From a bacterium (GTDB lineage Bacteria > Hydrothermota > 32-111), in contig JAWOBN010000098.1 in NCBI GenBank assembly GCA_046484245.1, positions 1 to 63,314 on the forward strand: 63,314 nucleotides of DNA, given 5' to 3'. The notes under the pieces were generated by a model. The model ran no database searches. It was given only the letters and a program-made list of their open reading frames with translations, and had not been told where the DNA came from. Below, in pieces: positions 48,284 to 55,874 of the stretch; position 1 is the stretch's first letter, and each line of letters begins with the position of its first letter. The translations under genes were made by a program, and so were the position numbers.

Positions 48284-49553
48284 TGTTATACTCCTTTATC
48301 TTGTCAAGCAGAGACCTGTAGGATATCTTCAGAATCTTTGCTGCTTTTGTTTTATTTCCATCAGTAATCTTCAATGTCTTGATAATCTCTTCCTTTTCTG
48401 TCCTGCTCTTTATCATGGAGACCTTTTCCTTCAGACCGCTGCTGCCTGTATTCCTGTCCTGCAGGGATTCTATTATGCCGGCATCACCTGTCAATGCATA
48501 TCTCTTCAGCAGATTCTCCATCTCCCTCACATTCCCGGGCCAGTCATAGTATTTCAATTTTTCCAGCAGTGAGCCGGGCAGTGATGCATTGAGTTTATTC
48601 AGTATATTCCGTGCAATGGGAACAATGTCCTCACGTCTCTCCCTCAGGGGTTCAATGAATATCGGATATACATTGAGCCTGTAGTAAAGGTCTTTCCTGA
48701 ATTGATTTGATTCAAGCAGACCCGCAATATTATCACTGAGTGATGAGATAATCCTCACATCAATCAATTTGGTCTTGCCTGAACCGACAGGCATGATTTC
48801 CTTCCTGTCAATAAAGCGCAGTATCTTCGCCTGCTTTTCCAGATTGATGCTCTCCAGACCTGTAAGCAGCACAGTACCGCCTTCAGCTGCCTCAATCCTC
48901 CCCTTCCTTGGCCTGTCTGCCCCGGAGTAGGCTCCTTTCACACAACCGAATAATTCACTTTCAAAGAGACTCTCCGTCAATGTGGAAAAATCAATGATAG
49001 TGAATTTGTCCCTTGATGAGAGTGAATGTATTGTTTTTGCAGTAAGCTCCCTGCCTGTCCCCGCTTCACCCCGTATCATGACATTGACATCAGTATCAGC
49101 AGTATCTTTAATCTGCACTCTCACTTTACTCATATTCTCCGAATTGCCGGCAATAATATCATCAATACCTCCGCGTCTCTGCAGTCCGTGAATAATACGT
49201 TGTATCTTTCTGACAAGTTCAGTGTATTCAATGGGTTTTGTCCAGAAATCCGATGCCCCTCTCTTCACTGCATCTATTGCTGTCGGGATATCCCCGTGAC
49301 CTGTAAGCATAATGATCCTTGAGCGCGGGTGCAGTTTCCCTGCTGTTGCTATCAGCTCCATTCCGGAACCGTCCGGCAGTTTTATATCAAGAATAACAAT
49401 GTCATGGTCAGATCTGCGCAGTGCTGACTCCGCCTCTTTGATTGTGCCTGCTTCAGTTATATCTGCAAATTCCGAGAGAGACTCCCTCAGAAACAAACGG
49501 AAAGATATATTATCCTCTACAAGCAGAATGGACGGTCTATTCATATGTATCAA
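48276..49553 (-). CDS. NtrC/ZraR-like sigma54-interaction-domain response regulator
   Basis: 425 aa. Receiver (LLVEDN...IVILDIKLPDGSG), EBP core (GEAGTGRE, ESELFGCVKGAYSGA, DVRIISS, FRKDLYYRLNV) and a Fis-type HTH (AAKILKISYRSLLDKI). Confidence 0.8.
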   Translation of the reverse strand: MIHMNRPSILLVEDNISFRLFLRESLSEFADITEAGTIKEAESALRRSDHDIVILDIKLPDGSGMELIATAGKLHPRSRIIMLTGHGDIPTAIDAVKRGASDFWTKPIEYTELVRKIQRIIHGLQRRGGIDDIIAGNSENMSKVRVQIKDTADTDVNVMIRGEAGTGRELTAKTIHSLSSRDKFTIIDFSTLTESLFESELFGCVKGAYSGADRPRKGRIEAAEGGTVLLTGLESINLEKQAKILRFIDRKEIMPVGSGKTKLIDVRIISSLSDNIAGLLESNQFRKDLYYRLNVYPIFIEPLRERREDIVPIARNILNKLNASLPGSLLEKLKYYDWPGNVREMENLLKRYALTGDAGIIESLQDRNTGSSGLKEKVSMIKSRTEKEEIIKTLKITDGNKTKAAKILKISYRSLLDKIKEYNIE

Positions 49554-50916
49554 ACCTAATTGTTATTTTACTGCCTTGGGCTGTATTGCTCAATTCAATT
49601 TGATGGCCAAGTATTGAAGAGAATTTCATAATGGTGGGAATACCCAGTCCGAATCCAGCAGCATGCTCCGGTTTGGGCTTATGGGGTTCTTCAACCACAG
49701 ATTGGGGAAAGCCTGGCCCCCTGTCTGTTATCTGCAGTTTAATATATTGAGGAAGCCGCGATATGCTTATGCCTATCTCTTCACTTTCAGTATATGTTTT
49801 TATATTGTCAAAGATATTCCCGAGTATTTCCCTGAGAAGCACACTGTCTGTTTTTACATAAACATCATTGAGTATACCGGAAGAAGATCTCAGGTCATAA
49901 TAATTGAGCATCTCCACTATTATATCTGAGAGATTGACCCTGCTCTTTTCAATATGCGGTGCGCGGGTGAATCTTATGAATCTCTCTGTAAATTCCTCAA
50001 GTCGGGTGACCTCATCCTTCAATGCGGGGAGCACATTTTCTGTTCCCTTCTTCTCCATGATTTCAGTGAGCCCCTTTATTGATGCAATGTAATTATTCAT
50101 CTGATGGGCTATACCTGCAGACATTTCCCCCAATTGCGAAATGCCCTCCATCTGAATCATCCGCTTTCTCATATTCTCAATCTTCTCTTTCATTCTACCC
50201 GCATCAGTCCTCTGTATTCTGTTCAATTCAACCAACTCCTCAACAGAATCACCGAAGACCCCGACAATATCATCCGTATTGTCACTGTCTAAATCTATGT
50301 TGAGTTTTGCGGCTGTTTCTGCTATTTTCCTCAGCGGGCCTTCCATTGATTTTACGAGGAATAATCCTATTATGACAATGAGAATAATAAGCAGGAATTT
50401 AAAATAGAAATACAATCTTATCCTGCCTGTCAGGAGACGGAAATCCGTATGAAAGAGCACTGCATATACAAGGGCGTCAGTACTGTCTATATCAACCCTC
50501 CCTGTGTACATATCATAATTACCGTAATACACTCTCCTTGCAGTATTATCCTCTGCAATATAATGGAGGTAGAATCCTATTCCGGGTGTTATATCAAGCT
50601 GCTCGGGGTATTTATAGAGCTGTTCAAGATCCTTGTTGACAAAGACAAAACGGTCTGCACCTGATTTTTTGAGGAATGTGCCGATACTGTGCCTCCGGGT
50701 TCTTATCAATTCATCAGAACTGCTGTACTGATGCCTGTCTCTTTCAATCATAATATTAAGATTATCAATCACCTTGTATTGATTATTATTGAGCAGATGA
50801 ATCCCTGATTCAAGTATATTGATGAAATACACTGATGTGATGATATCAGCCAATATCAGTATAATGAAAAGCAGATAGAAGAGATACCGTTTGGATTTGA
50901 GTGACCTTATTTCCAT
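49537..50916 (-). CDS. sensor histidine kinase
   Basis: 459 aa. Two TM helices flank a ~150-aa periplasmic segment. H-box GIAHQMNNYIASIKG, and the HATPase_c motifs include N-box GNIFDNI, G1 box ITDRGPGF and GFGLGIP. Confidence 0.85.
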   Translation of the reverse strand: MEIRSLKSKRYLFYLLFIILILADIITSVYFINILESGIHLLNNNQYKVIDNLNIMIERDRHQYSSSDELIRTRRHSIGTFLKKSGADRFVFVNKDLEQLYKYPEQLDITPGIGFYLHYIAEDNTARRVYYGNYDMYTGRVDIDSTDALVYAVLFHTDFRLLTGRIRLYFYFKFLLIILIVIIGLFLVKSMEGPLRKIAETAAKLNIDLDSDNTDDIVGVFGDSVEELVELNRIQRTDAGRMKEKIENMRKRMIQMEGISQLGEMSAGIAHQMNNYIASIKGLTEIMEKKGTENVLPALKDEVTRLEEFTERFIRFTRAPHIEKSRVNLSDIIVEMLNYYDLRSSSGILNDVYVKTDSVLLREILGNIFDNIKTYTESEEIGISISRLPQYIKLQITDRGPGFPQSVVEEPHKPKPEHAAGFGLGIPTIMKFSSILGHQIELSNTAQGSKITIRFDTYE

Positions 50917-51391
50917 ATATTCATTATATTAAATCATGCCTGTTTTACAAGAGGGGCGTTATTCCTCAAAAATAAAGTACTTGAAAGACCTATGTTTCCT
51001 CATAATAATAATGAGGCGAGGACAGTTCTCAGAAAGCACCTCTGCCAACCCGTGCATAACCGATAATTCGGTGCTGATGAGAATGTGTGAGCCTCTCCGT
51101 CATTACATCAATCGCTATGCTCAATGCTTTTTTATTAAGAAAACAAATATTACATAATAATTATATTCAGTGACTTTTTCTTATGAGGAAAGACGGAGGG
51201 GCGTACATTGACTCTCAGAGGATGAATCATGCTGTTAAATCCGCGAGTTGCCCGGAATTCACCTGTAAGATGAACAATGTCAATAATATATGATTCATAC
51301 AAACTCCTTTTCATGGAGAATATAACAGTTTATATTTTTTTGCAAGGGATTTCCTCAAATTCTCTGTCTAAACAGTTAAATTGGAGGCAGA

Positions 51392-51850
51392 ATGAAAGAA
51401 AAAATAATTATAATCTTGCTTATCATATCCATAGGTCTCAATATCGGCATCATCACAACACTCATTGTGCATGATTTCCGTTCTGAGAATCCTCCTGTCA
51501 TGCAGCCGAGAGACTGGAGCAGTCTCAATCTGAGTGATGAGCAGAGAATAAAGGTCAGCAGATTGAAAGAGGATATACTGGACCATAATAGAGAGGCAAT
51601 GGATATAATGAGAGAGAAGAGAGTACAGCTGATTGAGGAGATGAAGCAGGAAGATATTGATTCAAGCAGAATCAGAACATTGATTGATGACATCTCCGCC
51701 ATTCAGTCGGATATTGAGACAAACACAGTGTTGCGCCTTAAGCAATTGAAGAAAATAATGAGTGATGAGCAGTTCAATCTATTGCTTGAAATGCTCAGTC
51801 CCAGAGGAAATCATTGTAAACCCGTAGTTCCAAATAGGAGGACAAGATGA
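51392..51850 (+). CDS. Spy/CpxP/ZraP-family periplasmic protein (LTxxQ-type)
   Basis: 152 aa with an N-terminal TM/signal segment. The helical K/E-rich body has LNLSDEQRIKV and IMSDEQFNLL motifs. Confidence 0.7.
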   Translation: MKEKIIIILLIISIGLNIGIITTLIVHDFRSENPPVMQPRDWSSLNLSDEQRIKVSRLKEDILDHNREAMDIMREKRVQLIEEMKQEDIDSSRIRTLIDDISAIQSDIETNTVLRLKQLKKIMSDEQFNLLLEMLSPRGNHCKPVVPNRRTR

Positions 51851-52338
51851 AGAAACTTATCACAAGTATAGCTGTTTCAATGCTGATACTTTTACTTGCA
51901 GTGAATGTATTTGCAGAAAAGTCCGGCTCGAACAATAAACCCCGGATGGATTGCAATAATAAGCATTCCGCACAACAGATGCCCATGCAGCAGAACAATA
52001 TAGAGCATCTCAAGGAGATTCTTGAATTGACTGACAGTCAGGTAGAGAAAATATCGGATATCAGATATGCAATTGAGAAGGACTTGATTAAACTGAGGAA
52101 TGAAATGCAGAATGAAAGCCTGGAGATGAAGCACCTTATTGCCAAAGACCAGTTGAATAAAGCACAGATTATTGCTAAAATGAAGAAGATGGAATCAATA
52201 AGAGACAGGATACAGGACAAGAGATTTGAGAAGAAGATCAAGACCATTGAGGTACTGACTGAAGATCAGGTCAAGGAGATGATGAACATGAGGCATTGCA
52301 TGAAACCGAGAATGGATAATATGAAACAGAGGAAATAA
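51847..52338 (+). CDS. Spy/CpxP/ZraP-family periplasmic protein (LTxxQ-type), Met/His-rich termini
   Basis: 163 aa with a signal peptide and LELTDSQVEKI and VLTEDQVKEM motifs. M/H/C-rich ends (MDCNNKHSAQQMPMQQ and HCMKPRMDNM). Overlaps the previous gene by 4 nt. Confidence 0.7.
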   Translation: MKKLITSIAVSMLILLLAVNVFAEKSGSNNKPRMDCNNKHSAQQMPMQQNNIEHLKEILELTDSQVEKISDIRYAIEKDLIKLRNEMQNESLEMKHLIAKDQLNKAQIIAKMKKMESIRDRIQDKRFEKKIKTIEVLTEDQVKEMMNMRHCMKPRMDNMKQRK

Positions 52339-52341
52339 ACA

Positions 52342-52360
52342 GAGGGGGCCGGCCCCCCTC
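52342..52360 (+). terminator. GC-only palindrome (attenuator/terminator-like hairpin) between the spy-like gene and the sigma factor gene
   Basis: GAGGGGGCC/GGCCCCCCTC, a 9-bp G/C stem in an AT-rich genome. It starts 3 nt after the stop and ends 9 nt before the ECF sigma start. The T-tract is weak (CTCATTATT). Confidence 0.4.
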
Positions 52361-52369
52361 CTCATTATT

Positions 52370-52912
52370 ATGGATAATCTCAGTGATGAAAAACTTATTG
52401 CTCTTACTGCAGAAGGTGAGGATAATGCATTCAGCATTCTTGTTGACAGATACAGGGACAGGATCATGAATACTGCTTATAAATTCACCAATGAATATGA
52501 CCTTGCCCAGGACCTTTCACAGGAGATATTTTTAAAAGTATGGAAATATGCAGACACCTTCAGGCATGACTCTTCACTCTCAACATGGATATTCCGGATT
52601 GCCTATAATACAGCCATTAATTTCAAGAGCAAAATCAGCAAACACAATAATGCAGACATAGACCTGATAAACCCGAAATTCATAGCACAAGATGAAACTG
52701 CCAAAAGAACCAATAAGCGCAGGATTGAGAAGTTGAAGCAGGAGATAGCCGTTTTGCCTGAAAGACAGGGAATGGCTCTTATTCTGAAGCATTTTGAGGG
52801 TTATTCATACAGTGAGATTGCAGAAATAATGGGAACCAGCCTGAAGGCTGTTGAGAATCTTCTATACAGAGCCAGGGAGACATTGAGGAAATCCCGAGGA
52901 GAATTATTATGA
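52370..52912 (+). CDS. ECF-type RNA polymerase sigma factor
   Basis: 180 aa. Region 2 (YRDRIMNTAYKFT..AQDLSQEIFLKVW) and region 4 HTH (GYSYSEIAEIMGTSLKAVENLLYRAR). Confidence 0.9.
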   Translation: MDNLSDEKLIALTAEGEDNAFSILVDRYRDRIMNTAYKFTNEYDLAQDLSQEIFLKVWKYADTFRHDSSLSTWIFRIAYNTAINFKSKISKHNNADIDLINPKFIAQDETAKRTNKRRIEKLKQEIAVLPERQGMALILKHFEGYSYSEIAEIMGTSLKAVENLLYRARETLRKSRGELL

Positions 52913-53334
52913 ATCATCTTAATAAAATTGATATTTACAGATATCTGGATAATGAATGTTCTGACACTGAAGGCGAAAAAATCGCAGAGCATCTCAATTC
53001 CTGCTCTGCGTGTAATGCTCTTTACAGTGAGATCAGTTCAATATACGGTGATTTGGATTCAATTGAAGATATCAGTACGGATAGTTTCTTCACAGAGAGA
53101 ATTGTTGCATCTGTTCAAAGCAGACCTTCATTTCTCAAGCATTATGCATTCGGTTTTGCAGTGACAATAGCTGTCATTATCTCAGTATCAGCCGGTGTGT
53201 TCATCACAGGCATGCTGGGAAGCTCAACTGATTATTATACTGATAACAGTGAAAACACTCTGACCATAAGCTCCCTTTCCGATACACCGGAGAATACATT
53301 GATAAATACATTAAGAGAACTGACTGACGAATAA
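52909..53334 (+). CDS. anti-sigma factor (zf-HC2 type, single-pass)
   Basis: 141 aa. Overlaps the sigma gene by 4 nt. H-x3-C-x2-C motif (EHLNSCSACN) and one TM helix (FGFAVTIAVIISVSAGVFITGML). Confidence 0.75.
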   Translation: MNHLNKIDIYRYLDNECSDTEGEKIAEHLNSCSACNALYSEISSIYGDLDSIEDISTDSFFTERIVASVQSRPSFLKHYAFGFAVTIAVIISVSAGVFITGMLGSSTDYYTDNSENTLTISSLSDTPENTLINTLRELTDE

Positions 53335-53348
53335 TATTTCTTATATAA

Positions 53349-54326
53349 TTGCCTGTCATCTCTAAAGGGCTGCAAATGTCTGAAAACATTAATAAAATAA
53401 TGAAAATAATAAACAAGAAATATTTATGCAGTATTCCAATAATTATTATTATTCTTACAGCTGCACTGAATCCTGTTTACGGAAGCCCCTTACCATTTGA
53501 AACAAGTAATTTCATTGAGATCAACGGGCATACCCTCCATACACGCATTTTCAATGAGAATAAGACAGAAACAATTGTAATGCTTCATGGCTTTGGTGCA
53601 AGCACATATTCATTCAACAGCATCATAGACAGTCTTGATAATTACAGAATACTGCTCTATGACAGGCCTGGCTTCGGTTTTTCCGGGAGACCCCTTGATA
53701 TTACATGGGAGAATAATCCCTATGATTATTCTTATCAGGCAGGACTGCTCAAATCCATTCTGGATTACTATGATATTGACAAAGCACATATTGCAGGCCA
53801 TTCTGCAGGCGGGTTCATTGCACTGATCTTTACAGCCAAATACCCCTGTTACACTGACAAGATAATACTTATCAATCCCTCCTTTACAGGCAGGAGAATC
53901 AACCCATTATTGCGTAAAACAGGCAGGTGGTCCATATTCAAACCACTTATCATAGATAAAGTGTCGGATATTGCAGAGAATGGCGAGAGAATCATTGAGA
54001 AATCATGGTTTGATAAAGATAAATTGTCCGAAGACATTATAGAAGCATACAAAGCCCCACTGAATGAACCCCATTGGCAGGAGGGACTGTATTACCTTAT
54101 GCTGGGCAATATGCCCCAATGGGATACCGGTGACCTGCGTAATATTGAAAAGGATGTACTGGTTATCACAGCTCAGTATGATTCAATTATTGAACCATCA
54201 AAGGTTATTGAATATGCAGGCTATCTGCCCAATCATAAGCTCATTGTATTTGATTCATGCGGGCATATCCCCCATGAAGAGATCCCAGGCAAATTTGTCA
54301 ATACTCTCCTGGAATTTGTTGAATAA
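53349..54326 (+). CDS. membrane-anchored alpha/beta hydrolase
   Basis: 325 aa. N-terminal TM helix, HGFGAS, a nucleophile elbow (GHSAGG) and a C-terminal catalytic His (CGHIPHEE). Confidence 0.85.
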   Translation: MPVISKGLQMSENINKIMKIINKKYLCSIPIIIIILTAALNPVYGSPLPFETSNFIEINGHTLHTRIFNENKTETIVMLHGFGASTYSFNSIIDSLDNYRILLYDRPGFGFSGRPLDITWENNPYDYSYQAGLLKSILDYYDIDKAHIAGHSAGGFIALIFTAKYPCYTDKIILINPSFTGRRINPLLRKTGRWSIFKPLIIDKVSDIAENGERIIEKSWFDKDKLSEDIIEAYKAPLNEPHWQEGLYYLMLGNMPQWDTGDLRNIEKDVLVITAQYDSIIEPSKVIEYAGYLPNHKLIVFDSCGHIPHEEIPGKFVNTLLEFVE

Positions 54327-54338
54327 AACCTTCTTTTT

Positions 54339-54600
54339 GGGGGACGGTCCTTCGATTTGTTGATTCTTCTCTCCAAATGCCCATAATTAATTATAAGCTA
54401 TTGTATTACTTAATTTGCAATTGCTTTTTCGGCGATTCCTTTTGGACAGGCTCTTCTTCATAGTTGATTGTAAATAGTATTATAAAAGCATTTACCTGCC
54501 AACGAATCATCAGATTACCTGTGATGGTCATAATCAAGAGGAATTATTACCAATCCATAGGCTTTCAGGGGAAAAATCAACAAATCGAAGGACCGTCCCC
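54339..54600. mobile_element. MITE-like element with perfect 26-bp terminal inverted repeats
   Basis: GGGGGACGGTCCTTCGATTTGTTGATT at 54339-54365 pairs with AATCAACAAATCGAAGGACCGTCCCC at 54575-54600. The interior carries ISL3-end-like GGCTCTTCTTCATAGTTGATTG (54449-54470) and a TACTTAATTTGCAATTGC segment shared with 32565-32592. Confidence 0.6.
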
Positions 54601-54691
54601 GGAGCAAAGCTCTAATCTATTGACATTAGATTTATATTACAATAGAATCTATATAGTAAATTGTATAGTATTTAATATCAGGAGGGCTGTT

Positions 54692-54976
54692 ATGAACCGT
54701 GAAGAATACAGAATAAAAGCAAAGAACAATATTGATGAACTCTTTGACAGGATTGAGGAACTTGAGGCGAAAAAAGACAGGGTCAGTGCAGAGAGTAAGG
54801 TCAAATACGAGGAAAAAATCAGTGAACTCAAGGCAAAAAGGGATGCGCTTCAGAAGAAATACGATGAACTGATGGATGCATCAGAGGATGAATGGGAAGA
54901 AGCCAGAGATCATTTTGCTGAAGCCGTGGATTCAATGAGAGAGCAGTTCTTAATACTGAAGGATTTCTTCAAGTAG
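54692..54976 (+). CDS. small coiled-coil protein, function unknown
   Basis: 94 aa (MNREEYRIKAKNNIDELFDRIEELEAKKDR...). AGGAGGG lies 6 nt upstream. The longer 170-aa ORF start would lie inside the MITE and is rejected. Confidence 0.6.
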   Translation: MNREEYRIKAKNNIDELFDRIEELEAKKDRVSAESKVKYEEKISELKAKRDALQKKYDELMDASEDEWEEARDHFAEAVDSMREQFLILKDFFK

Positions 54977-55322
54977 AATAACCAAAACAGGTCAATGGTC
55001 GCAGGTTGATGGTTGATAGTCATCCCTTCCTGGCCGGGAGGGTCACTGACCACTCCCCTACATACATCCTGTTCTTTACTCTTGTCCGGGCGGTTTGCCC
55101 CCCTGTATAGGGTTCAAAATGTTGAACCCCTACGATCTTAACGCAACACGCATTACGATTAGGCAAGCTATTCACAATCCTGTTCTTCCTGCACAGCATT
55201 CAGACTCGTGTCCCGTGACTCGTGTCTCGAGTCTGTTATCCTTCGCTCACTGCTTTAATCCGCTCCCCCTCAAAATTGCCCTTACTTACTTCTAATCTTA
55301 TCTGTTCATATTGGTATTGTCG

Positions 55323-55358
55323 AATCACACGCATCACACGAAACGCACGAATCGCACG
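55323..55358. repeat. four tandem 9-bp units (CACACG/CGCACG type)
   Basis: The units are AATCACACG CATCACACG AAACGCACG AATCGCACG. Homologous to the array at 33676-33711. Confidence 0.75.
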
Positions 55359-55406
55359 GTATTCTATGCGTTCTACTCGTTCTTGTGTTCACACGAATCG
55401 AACGGT

Positions 55407-55429
55407 ATTTTGGCTGGGGAGCAGGGATT
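55407..55429. repeat. perfect 23-bp duplicate of the tRNA-Gln 3' end plus trailer
   Basis: ATTTTGGCTGGGGAGCAGGGATT is identical to 55707-55729, which covers 19 nt of the tRNA including CCA and 4 nt of trailer. Confidence 0.9.
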
Positions 55430-55662
55430 GAAGGCAAAGCCTGGCAATGCTTCTTGTTAAGAAATATGTTCTGTGCATTGAGAACCCCTGCGGGATAATC
55501 CTGCGGATTTCTGCTCGCTTCGCTCACTGTTCGAATCCGATTTCCAGGGATTGAAGGCAAAGCCTGGCAATGCTTCTTGTTAAGAAATATGTGCCGTGCA
55601 TTGAGAACCCCTGCGGGTTAATCCTGCGGATTACTGCTCGCTACGCTCACTGTTCGAATCCG
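55422..55662. repeat. two tandem copies of a 123-bp unit
   Basis: Unit 1 is 55422-55544 and unit 2 starts at 55545. There are only 5 substitutions over ~118 aligned nt. Each unit ends in CGCTCACTGTTCGAATCCG. Confidence 0.85.
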
Positions 55663-55673
55663 CTCCCCTCAAA

Positions 55674-55703
55674 ATTGAAAAAACCGCTCAATTTGAGCGG
55701 TTT
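55674..55703 (-). terminator. rho-independent terminator after tRNA-Gln
   Basis: The minus strand reads AAACCGCTCA-AAT-TGAGCGGTTT followed by TTTCAATTTT. It starts 8 nt after the tRNA CCA end. Confidence 0.7.
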
Positions 55704-55710
55704 ACAATTT

Positions 55711-55784
55711 TGGCTGGGGAGCAGGGATTCGAACCCCGATACCATGATCCAGAGTCATGTGTCCTGCCATTGGACGACTCCCCA
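55711..55784 (-). tRNA. tRNA-Gln (anticodon CUG), CCA encoded
   Basis: TGGGGAGTCGTCCAATGGCAGGACACATGACTCTGGATCATGG...GGGGTTCGAATCCCTGCTCCCCAGCCA. Hand folding gives a cloverleaf with the anticodon loop CTCTGGA. Confidence 0.9.
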
Positions 55785-55792
55785 GTTTAAAA

Positions 55793-55865
55793 TAGCGGTA
55801 CGGGGAATCGAACCCCGCTTTCATGGATGAGAACCATGTGTCCTATACCGATAGACGATACCGCC
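55793..55865 (-). tRNA. tRNA-Glu (anticodon CUC)
   Basis: GGCGGTATCGTCTATCGGTATAGGACACATGGTTCTCATCCATGAAAGCGGGGTTCGATTCCCCGTACCGCTA. Anticodon stem CATGG/CCATG and loop TTCTCAT. The tRNA's 5' end lies 9 nt downstream of the gltX stop. Confidence 0.85.
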
Positions 55866-55874
55866 ATTTAAGTG

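Noticed and set aside
51025-51095. A hammerhead-ribozyme-like arrangement: GAAA, then a GCAC...GTGC hairpin, then an ACCGA-TAAT-TCGGT hairpin, then CUGAUGAG (51074-51081). This resembles a type II permutation.
   Set aside because: The essential A15.1-U16.1 pair would be A-A, because GTGC is followed by A. The stem II closing pair next to GAAA would be G-A. Stem II itself is at best 4 bp. CUGAUGA is expected by chance several times in 126 kb of two-strand sequence.
51219-51233. A possible sigma54 -24/-12 element (AGGATGAATCATGCT) upstream of the spy-like genes.
   Set aside because: The GG-to-GC spacing is one nucleotide short. The flanking bases do not match TGGCAC/TTGCA. No better candidate was found in 50917-51391 or upstream of 43110 or 43687.
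54464-54691. The upstream 76 codons of the 170-aa ORF 54464-54976.
   Set aside because: This part lies inside the MITE and its right TIR and has no RBS. The internal ATG at 54692 has a strong AGGAGGG and starts the coiled-coil region.
55422-55662. A DGR-like template/variable repeat pair. In 4 of the 5 differences between the two 123-bp units, an A (minus strand) in one unit is another base in the other.
   Set aside because: There are only five differences. No reverse transcriptase gene is in the window. Neither unit lies at the 3' end of a credible ORF, and one substitution goes the wrong way.
55640-55677. A plus-strand GTTCGAATCC-containing segment (also at 33864-33878), tested as a tRNA, pseudo-tRNA or tmRNA 3' end.
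   Set aside because: There is no complementary T-stem or acceptor 5' strand upstream, no CCA and no anticodon arm. These segments are better explained as inverted fragments of the adjacent minus-strand tRNA genes.
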